DNA from: a virus
Lineage: Duplodnaviria > Caudoviricetes
Length of the DNA: 64,000 nt
Virus record (IMG/VR): IMGVR_UViG_3300020399_000003
Span: 1 to 64,000 of that record
Strand: one strand, 5' to 3'
The translations under genes were made by a program, and so were the position numbers. Shown in pieces: positions 57,643 to 64,000 of the stretch (position 1 is the first letter of the stretch; the number at the start of each line of letters is the position of its first letter). Under the pieces are notes generated by a model. That model had not been told where the DNA came from, ran no database searches, and saw only the letters and a program-made list of their open reading frames with translations.

Positions 57643-58421
57643 TTCCTATTTTCGATATTAAAGTTAATAACAATAGCAACGCGGATACCAGCTTTTGTAT
57701 GTGTTTGGGTTTCGTGCCAGACATAACCAGGATGAATGAGAGTCATTCCTACCTCTGGTTTAAATGTTTTTGCTTTGTTATTGTATGGCATTTTAATGGC
57801 AGGCCTTGGATCTAGCATAATCAAGTCTCCACTAAAATCAGAATTTATAGCCTCAGGATCTTTATCATCTATAGCTTTTCGACCACCCGCGGAGCGGGCT
57901 GTGATTTGTACTAAATGGTCATTGGTTGACATAGTCCAATCATCAGCATCACTAAATAACGGGTAATTAAATTCCTCTCCAACAGTTAAATAGTGAACCA
58001 AAACACCATCCCATGCATGATGGAAATGAGGGGCAGTTCTTCTACCAAATGGTCTTTGTACATTACCAAAGCACCGAGCTTTAATTGCTGCATCCTCATC
58101 TAGCCCCCATGCTTTATGAATGTAAGTCCTAATGATTTTTGAAGAGATTTTTTCAAATTCTGCTAAAGCATCTATTTCATTAGCGTCTAATACTGTTTTC
58201 TGATCGTCATAATCAAATAGATTATAAATTTTATCGTCAAACTTTTTTAAGGCTTCAGATGTATTATTTACTTTATTATAGGTGTGTTCTGTAAATACAA
58301 TACCCTGTTTAGTTAAGATAACTATTAAAATTTGTCTTAACTCTTCGGGTAAATAAATATTGATACTACCAATGGGAGTTGTCCATTCGTGTTCAACATT
58401 TAGCTTGTCATGTAGGTCCAC
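57612..58421 (-). CDS. 2OG-Fe(II) oxygenase (HxH type)
   Basis: RTAPHFHHAWDGV, DPRP, HPGYVWHET. Confidence 0.85.
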   Translation of the reverse strand: MDLHDKLNVEHEWTTPIGSINIYLPEELRQILIVILTKQGIVFTEHTYNKVNNTSEALKKFDDKIYNLFDYDDQKTVLDANEIDALAEFEKISSKIIRTYIHKAWGLDEDAAIKARCFGNVQRPFGRRTAPHFHHAWDGVLVHYLTVGEEFNYPLFSDADDWTMSTNDHLVQITARSAGGRKAIDDKDPEAINSDFSGDLIMLDPRPAIKMPYNNKAKTFKPEVGMTLIHPGYVWHETQTHTKAGIRVAIVINFNIENRNWDILPTYLI

Positions 58422-59416
58422 TAGGCTACCGTATAATTAACATCCTGGACACCAGTCAGATTTCTAAAACCAATCTTCACCTTAAATGTATCACCAGATT
58501 CTAATCCTAGGGCTGTTACTTTAAAAGTACCAAGACCATCAGTTATAGGTACTCGAGTTTTAGGTAAATACCCAGCAGTTGATTCTAAATAAGCTTCAGA
58601 AGTTCTCGCAATTAGTGCACCATCTTTATCTACCATTTTAAAAGCAACAGTATCGGTACCATCTGCATCAATACTAGTACCGCCAGAAGTAACCGTAAAC
58701 GTAGGAAAGGCTTCATTCATTTCACCTAAATAGTTGTAACCATCGCCAGAAGTCTTAAACAATGCTTTTTCATCTGTTCCAATTAGCCAATCATTCATTA
58801 TATTTGTACTAAAACCACAGCCACGATTATATTTCATCGTAATTGAACAATCTGTGAAATTGTCTGTGTTAAATGATTTATAGATAAAAAGAGCAGCAGG
58901 AGCATTTTGCTGACGAACTGATCGCAAAGGATGGGCCTTACTATAGTGTGTATTTGTTAGTGAATTGTAACTAGCACTCGCTGAGAAGTCTGGTTTTATG
59001 CCTATCACCCAACAAGCAACATCTGATTTTTCACCAGATGCAATTGATGGATCAGTTGGATCAACCCAGGAGAACCCTGTATTTCTAAACCATGTATCTT
59101 TTAATTTTTCTGTATAGGTGTCACGAATATTAGCAGGTATCTGCGGTAAAAATGTTTCACCAGTAACCATAGTTCCATGAAGTATTCCCGTTGGTAACTT
59201 GTCGTGGAAAACTCCACTCATAGCTGCTGGAAATTCTCCCAAAGCAGGAGCTGCTGGCATATGTAAACTTTGTTCTGGAAAAGGTCTATTAGGCATTGCA
59301 CCGTTAAACTCATCTTCGTCAATGGGAGACCAGACTTTCAAACATACAAAATCATCATTAACTAATAGTTCTAAGTGGACTCCCATACTTAAACTATCAT
59401 AAAGTTTTTTAAACAT
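58421..59416 (-). CDS. hypothetical protein with C-terminal Ig-like beta domain
   Basis: Alternating beta pattern TDTVAFKMVDKDG...GTFKVTALGL..GDTFKVKIG. Confidence 0.65.
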   Translation of the reverse strand: MFKKLYDSLSMGVHLELLVNDDFVCLKVWSPIDEDEFNGAMPNRPFPEQSLHMPAAPALGEFPAAMSGVFHDKLPTGILHGTMVTGETFLPQIPANIRDTYTEKLKDTWFRNTGFSWVDPTDPSIASGEKSDVACWVIGIKPDFSASASYNSLTNTHYSKAHPLRSVRQQNAPAALFIYKSFNTDNFTDCSITMKYNRGCGFSTNIMNDWLIGTDEKALFKTSGDGYNYLGEMNEAFPTFTVTSGGTSIDADGTDTVAFKMVDKDGALIARTSEAYLESTAGYLPKTRVPITDGLGTFKVTALGLESGDTFKVKIGFRNLTGVQDVNYTVA

Positions 59417-59428
59417 TTTGTTCCTTTC

Positions 59429-59959
59429 TTAGCAATTACAAGCACAGGCACAAGCACATGCCCCACCAAAACAAGCCGGACCGTTAGTTGTGCAATTAGG
59501 ATGATTGTTGCAGTTATTTGGAGAATTATTACAATTAGTCTTACCATTACCATTTGTTGCGCAATTGGGATGATTATTACAATTACTAGAGGAGTTGTTA
59601 CAATTAGTAAATCCTCCTCCATTAACTGAACAGTTAGGCATACCATTCCCATTAGTTGTACAATTTGCATGCCCAGAACCATTGGTTGTACAGTTAGCAT
59701 GATTAGTACAGTTAGTTTGCCAGGTATTATCTCCTCTTAAATACTTTCCAGCACTAGGAGAGGCTCCCATTCGTGCAGGAACTAATGTACCACTACTAAT
59801 GTTATCCGCATTAGTGGTATCTGTTGTAGCTGAAGCAACCAGAGCAGGTTTGTTTAATAAGGTATTCCAATCTGATGCAGGGGCATTGTCTAATGCTCCT
59901 CCAATAACATCACCGCCACTATCTAAAAGTCGTGCTATTTCATCTGCTCTAGTAGTCAT
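59429..59959 (-). CDS. Cys/Asn-rich tail-associated protein, paralog 4
   Basis: MTTRADEIARLLD leader, YLRGDNTW, NC repeats, ends CACACACNC. Confidence 0.8.
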   Translation of the reverse strand: MTTRADEIARLLDSGGDVIGGALDNAPASDWNTLLNKPALVASATTDTTNADNISSGTLVPARMGASPSAGKYLRGDNTWQTNCTNHANCTTNGSGHANCTTNGNGMPNCSVNGGGFTNCNNSSSNCNNHPNCATNGNGKTNCNNSPNNCNNHPNCTTNGPACFGGACACACACNC

Positions 59960-59971
59960 TAATTAACCTCT

Positions 59972-60481
59972 TTAACAATTGCAGGCACAAGCAGCGCAAG
60001 CACCATTATGTGTACAATTGGGATAGCTAGTACAGTTGCCGCTAGAATTATTACAGTTAGTTTTACCATTGCCATTCGTAGCGCAATTACTATGATTACT
60101 ACAATTACTAGAAGTATTATTACAGTTAGTTTTGCCATTACCATTAGTTGCACAATTAGTATGACCACTACCATTAACGGCACAGTTTGCCATACCGTTA
60201 CCATTCGTTGTACAATTTGCATGATTGGTACAATTAGTCTGCCAAGTTCCATCGCCTCGTAAGTATTTTCCAGCACTAGCAGAACCGCCTACCCGTGCAA
60301 CATTTAATGTACCTGTGCTGATATTATCTGCATTAGTGGTATCAGTAGTTGCACTAGCCACAAGTGCTGGCTTATTTAAAAGGGTATTCCAGTCACTAGC
60401 AGGCATATTATCTAAAGCACCTACAATAACATCTCCACCGCTATCTAAAAGCCTAGCTATCTCTGATGCTCTAGTTGTCAT
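59972..60481 (-). CDS. Cys/Asn-rich tail-associated protein, paralog 3
   Basis: Same leader; ends CAACACNC. Confidence 0.8.
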   Translation of the reverse strand: MTTRASEIARLLDSGGDVIVGALDNMPASDWNTLLNKPALVASATTDTTNADNISTGTLNVARVGGSASAGKYLRGDGTWQTNCTNHANCTTNGNGMANCAVNGSGHTNCATNGNGKTNCNNTSSNCSNHSNCATNGNGKTNCNNSSGNCTSYPNCTHNGACAACACNC

Positions 60482-60493
60482 TAATTAATCTCC

Positions 60494-61003
60494 TCAACAA
60501 TTACAAGCACAAGCTGCCGGAGCACCATTTGTTGTACAATTAGGGTGATTCGTGCAGTTACCGCTAGAGTTATTACAGTTGGTATAAGTATTGCCATTAG
60601 TGGCACAATTAGCATGATTGGTGCAGTTACTAGAAGAGTTATTGCAATTAGTTTTACCATTGCCGTTTGTTGTACAATTAGCATAACCATTTCCGTTAGT
60701 CGCACAATTAGCGTGACCACCGCCATTTGTGGCGCAATTCCCGGTATTAGTACAATTGGTTTGCCATGTTCCATCTCCCCTTAAATATTTCCCTGAAGTT
60801 GGAGACCCACCTAATCGAGCAGCATCTAACGTACCTGAGGTTATATTATCTGCATTAGTAGTATCTGTCGTAGCAGACGCAACTAATGCAGGTTTATTTA
60901 GCAAAGTAGTCCAATCTGATGGAGGAGCATTATCTAATGCACTACTCTCCACATCGCCACCACTATCTAGAAGATTTGCTATTTCTGTTGATTTAGTTGT
61001 CAT
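60494..61003 (-). CDS. Cys/Asn-rich tail-associated protein, paralog 2
   Basis: Same leader; ends ACACNC. Confidence 0.8.
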   Translation of the reverse strand: MTTKSTEIANLLDSGGDVESSALDNAPPSDWTTLLNKPALVASATTDTTNADNITSGTLDAARLGGSPTSGKYLRGDGTWQTNCTNTGNCATNGGGHANCATNGNGYANCTTNGNGKTNCNNSSSNCTNHANCATNGNTYTNCNNSSGNCTNHPNCTTNGAPAACACNC

Positions 61004-61015
61004 TAATTTAGTTCC

Positions 61016-61606
61016 TTAACAATTACAAGCGCAAACACCTGGAGTCAAAACAACCGCTGTTCCAACAACACTTAATGTGCCGCCATAAGTATTATTTGCA
61101 GATCCACTTGCGGATGTAAGCGTCCCCGCACAATTAGTACAGTTAGTGTGACTGCTAGTTCCAGAACAATTAGCACAATTAGCCATACCATTTCCATTTG
61201 TTGCACAATTCCCAAAACTATCTGTGCCTGAACAATTAGTACAATTACCATGATTCGTACAATTAGTAGTCCACGCCCCGTCTCCTCGAAGATAATTTCC
61301 TGAACCACCAGTGCCACTTCCCATTCTAGCAACATTTAATGTTCCGGTACTAATGTTGTCAGCCGAAGTAGTATCTGTAGTAGCAGAAGCCACTAAACCA
61401 GCAACTTGAGCATTCGGAAGATCTACAATTCGTGCGTTAGGCAACGTTCCTGTATTAATATTACTAGCATCACGAGTATCTGTATCTGCATGAGCAGGTT
61501 TATTTAATAATGTCGTCCAATCAGAGGCAGGAACATTGTCTAAGCCAGCTGAGATAACATCCCCGTCTGCTTCTAGTAAGTTTGCGAGTTCTCTAGCTTT
61601 GCTCAT
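61016..61606 (-). CDS. Cys-rich tail-associated protein, paralog 1
   Basis: MSKARELANLL leader; NCxNC repeats; ends CACNC. Confidence 0.8.
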   Translation of the reverse strand: MSKARELANLLEADGDVISAGLDNVPASDWTTLLNKPAHADTDTRDASNINTGTLPNARIVDLPNAQVAGLVASATTDTTSADNISTGTLNVARMGSGTGGSGNYLRGDGAWTTNCTNHGNCTNCSGTDSFGNCATNGNGMANCANCSGTSSHTNCTNCAGTLTSASGSANNTYGGTLSVVGTAVVLTPGVCACNC

Positions 61607-61618
61607 TGTTTTATCCTT

Positions 61619-61975
61619 TTAGAAATTTATAAATTCCATTGTATCTAAAATAGTAGCCCCTGTTGCTAGTTCTATCGTAGTACCATTAGTAGCTTCAAAA
61701 TCGTTAGCTGCACCATTTAATAATTTAACACCATTCATAAATACCTGTACTCGTCCTACAACATATACATGAGGAAAAGTTGTTTGACCTGCTGTAGGAA
61801 CAACAATGGTTTCAGAATAGTCATCAGTTGCTGTTAATGTATGACCTCCTGCTGTTGAACCATCATGTACAACTAAAGTATCTTTATCAGTATCTACAGT
61901 AACTTCACGAAGAGCTCCTGTAAATGTAGCATGCTGAGCAGTCGTTCCGCCTCTTAACTGTAGTTTTTTAGCCAT
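61619..61975 (-). CDS. tail protein with mtd-like N-terminus (LQLRGGT...EVTVDTDK..VVHDG..AGG)
   Basis: N-terminal motif common in tail/tropism proteins plus a GQTTF..Y.VGRVQV..NGVKL domain. Confidence 0.7.
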   Translation of the reverse strand: MAKKLQLRGGTTAQHATFTGALREVTVDTDKDTLVVHDGSTAGGHTLTATDDYSETIVVPTAGQTTFPHVYVVGRVQVFMNGVKLLNGAANDFEATNGTTIELATGATILDTMEFINF

Positions 61976-61984
61976 GATGTCCCT

Positions 61985-62266
61985 TTATAAATTTATAAAT
62001 TCTAATCGGTCTGTTGTATCAACCCCAGTTGCTAAAACTACAGTTGTTCCATTGGTAGCTTCAAAATCATTGGATGCACCTACTACTAATTTAACTCCAT
62101 TTAAATAAACTTGTACTCGCCCTACTGTGTATACATGATTAAATGTTACTTGTGCAGCCGTACCGGGAGTAACTTCAGTTTCAGAAATTGTAACATTTTT
62201 AGAAGTTAGAGGATCTACTAAAAGACCAGAACTTCTGCCTGTATTGTTATCAACTATTCCACTCAT
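61985..62266 (-). CDS. small tail protein, paralogous to C-half of 61619-61975
   Basis: HVYTVGRVQVYLNGVKL..GA.NDFEATNGTT..LATG shared. Confidence 0.7.
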   Translation of the reverse strand: MSGIVDNNTGRSSGLLVDPLTSKNVTISETEVTPGTAAQVTFNHVYTVGRVQVYLNGVKLVVGASNDFEATNGTTVVLATGVDTTDRLEFINL

Positions 62267-62276
62267 AGTTTATTCC

Positions 62277-62606
62277 TTATAATGTCTGATCAAGATATGA
62301 AACACATACATCAATGTCTGATGCACTTGCAGTAATAATTGATAAATGATCTGATGCTTCCATTACAAATTTACTAGTATGCTCAAACGTTTGTTTAGCT
62401 CCTATTGCTTGATCAAAATAAATATATGTATCTGCTCCAGAGCCTCCGTCATCAATCAATAATTTGAATGTTTCTGCCGCATCACCTGTCTCACAAATGG
62501 TTACACTTAAAACCGTACAAGTATGCCCACTTGCAACAGTAAGTAATGCTTGAACGGAAGAAGCATCACCCCTAAATGTTGCTAGTTTTAAAACTTCACT
62601 TGCCAT
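62277..62606 (-). CDS. small beta-rich virion protein
   Basis: ORF track; beta-sandwich-like pattern. Confidence 0.6.
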   Translation of the reverse strand: MASEVLKLATFRGDASSVQALLTVASGHTCTVLSVTICETGDAAETFKLLIDDGGSGADTYIYFDQAIGAKQTFEHTSKFVMEASDHLSIITASASDIDVCVSYLDQTL

Positions 62607-62615
62607 AACTTTCTC

Positions 62616-64000
62616 CTAAAATCCAAGGACTAGAGCTTTGCCCGTACTTGTTATTGTTGGGTTCATAATTGTTGTTGATGAGGTTATGTTGTATCCTAAA
62701 ATATCTAAATCACCAGCAAGTTGAGGAGTAGCATCAGCTGATACCTCTATAGAAACAGTTCCAAAGGATAATTGACCAGCACCGTCAGTCTTCATATATT
62801 GATCTAGTAAACCATCCGCTTGCGGGTGTTTTAACCCATCAATAATAACATCACCTGAACCATTAGGAGTAATCGCTATATCACCATTAGACGCACTGAT
62901 TATCGAATTGCTATTTACATCTAAATCTCCACCTAATTCAGGACTTGCATCTTCTACTATATTTCCAAGACCAGGAGCAATACCAGTCCAAGCACTACCC
63001 GTATAATATTTAAGAAGGTTGTTGGTACTGTCGTACCAAAGATCTCCTGCTGAAGGAGAACCTGGGGAAGAAGCATTTATAGAATATTCATCACTGTATC
63101 TATTAATAGAGGATTCATTAAGTGCAGCAGTTGTAATATTTCCTGCTATGCCTGCACAAGTCGTAACATTAGCACTAATTGCTGCTAAAGAATTCATGTC
63201 AGTTACGTTCTGAGCCGTACCCAAGACGTTCATATCATTTACTACATCTGCGGTGCCCAAAATATTCATATCGTTTACAAAATCAGCCGAGGCTATAACA
63301 TTTAAATCACTAACGAAATCAGCTGTTGCTACGATATTTAAGTCACTGACAAAATCAGCGGTTCCAACAATTGCTAGGTCTGCTATTGTTGCCGCATTCC
63401 CCAAGAGTCCAATTTCAGTTGATACACCGGCTACACTTGTAACATCACTAGATATTCCCGCTACGGTAGTCGTATTTGCTGAAATGCCTGCAACTGTTGT
63501 AACATTTGCAGCAACTGCTGCTACGCTTGTTACATTAGCAGCAATCCCGGATACTATTCCAATTTCAGTAGTGTCTCCAGCAACGACTCCAATTTCTGTG
63601 GTATCCCCAGCTACAGTTGTGACGTTAGCAGCGATTCCAGCAACGGTAGTAATATTTGCTGAATTAGAATTAACGGCATTAATATTTGTTGAATTAGAGT
63701 TTACGCCTGATACAGCAGAAGAAATAGCGTTAACTCCTGACACGGCAGTAGAAATTCCTGCTACTGATGTAACATTGCTAGAAATTCCTGCAACTGTTGT
63801 GACATTACCGGATATTCCTGCCACTGTTGTAATATCAGCACTCGCTCCTGCCAATGCACTAATATTATTAGTAGGAGTAATTTGTCCTGCTACTGTATCA
63901 ATATCAGCAATATTATCTGCACAAGATGTTATATCTCCATTACCAGTAGAACTATCTAATGCATCAGCAATGCTTCCTAGATCCTCGTTAAAAACAACAT
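62616..64000 (-). CDS. tail fibre protein (5'-partial)
   Basis: Frame open to window edge (checked codon by codon 63855-64000); NVTTVAGI repeats, PSAGDLWYD..LKYY, EDASPELGGDLDVN. Confidence 0.85.
   Translation of the reverse strand, partial: VVFNEDLGSIADALDSSTGNGDITSCADNIADIDTVAGQITPTNNISALAGASADITTVAGISGNVTTVAGISSNVTSVAGISTAVSGVNAISSAVSGVNSNSTNINAVNSNSANITTVAGIAANVTTVAGDTTEIGVVAGDTTEIGIVSGIAANVTSVAAVAANVTTVAGISANTTTVAGISSDVTSVAGVSTEIGLLGNAATIADLAIVGTADFVSDLNIVATADFVSDLNVIASADFVNDMNILGTADVVNDMNVLGTAQNVTDMNSLAAISANVTTCAGIAGNITTAALNESSINRYSDEYSINASSPGSPSAGDLWYDSTNNLLKYYTGSAWTGIAPGLGNIVEDASPELGGDLDVNSNSIISASNGDIAITPNGSGDVIIDGLKHPQADGLLDQYMKTDGAGQLSFGTVSIEVSADATPQLAGDLDILGYNITSSTTIMNPTITSTGKALVLGF

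Noticed and set aside
59199-61335. Alternate-frame hydrophobic ORFs over the Cys-rich genes (59389-59700, 59959-60276, 60008-60262, 60481-60774 etc.)
   Set aside because: By-products of the repetitive AAT/TGT codon pattern.
59429-61606. Diversity-generating retroelement TR/VR pair among AAY-rich Cys paralogs
   Set aside because: No reverse transcriptase in the window, and differences between copies are not limited to adenines.

Overview
A 64 kb, AT-rich segment of an N4-like phage (Schitoviridae-type podovirus), probably environmental or marine. The + strand (1-21.2 kb) carries early/middle genes: a T7-superfamily RNAP in which N4's two RNAPII subunits are fused, a MoxR AAA ATPase/vWA pair, family A DNA polymerase, helicase, PD-(D/E)XK nuclease, primase, SSB, RuvC and one atypical tRNA. 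The - strand (21.2-64 kb) carries late genes: a 4506-aa virion RNAP with an N-terminal lytic-transglycosylase-like domain and LysM, capsid and portal genes, lysis genes, a block of 2OG-Fe(II) oxygenases plus a radical SAM/SPASM enzyme beside four Cys-rich tail paralogs, and a partial tail fibre. The most notable element is a 1.8 kb module (5959-7780) between the AAA and vWA genes. It holds a solitary Cas7-like RAMP gene and a partner gene, surrounded by at least seven non-coding tracts of phased RRY-NN pentamers, five of which end in a shared 15-nt motif. This looks like a non-CRISPR RNA-guided system with gapped guides. All calls come from motif recognition by eye; no searches or folding programs were run.
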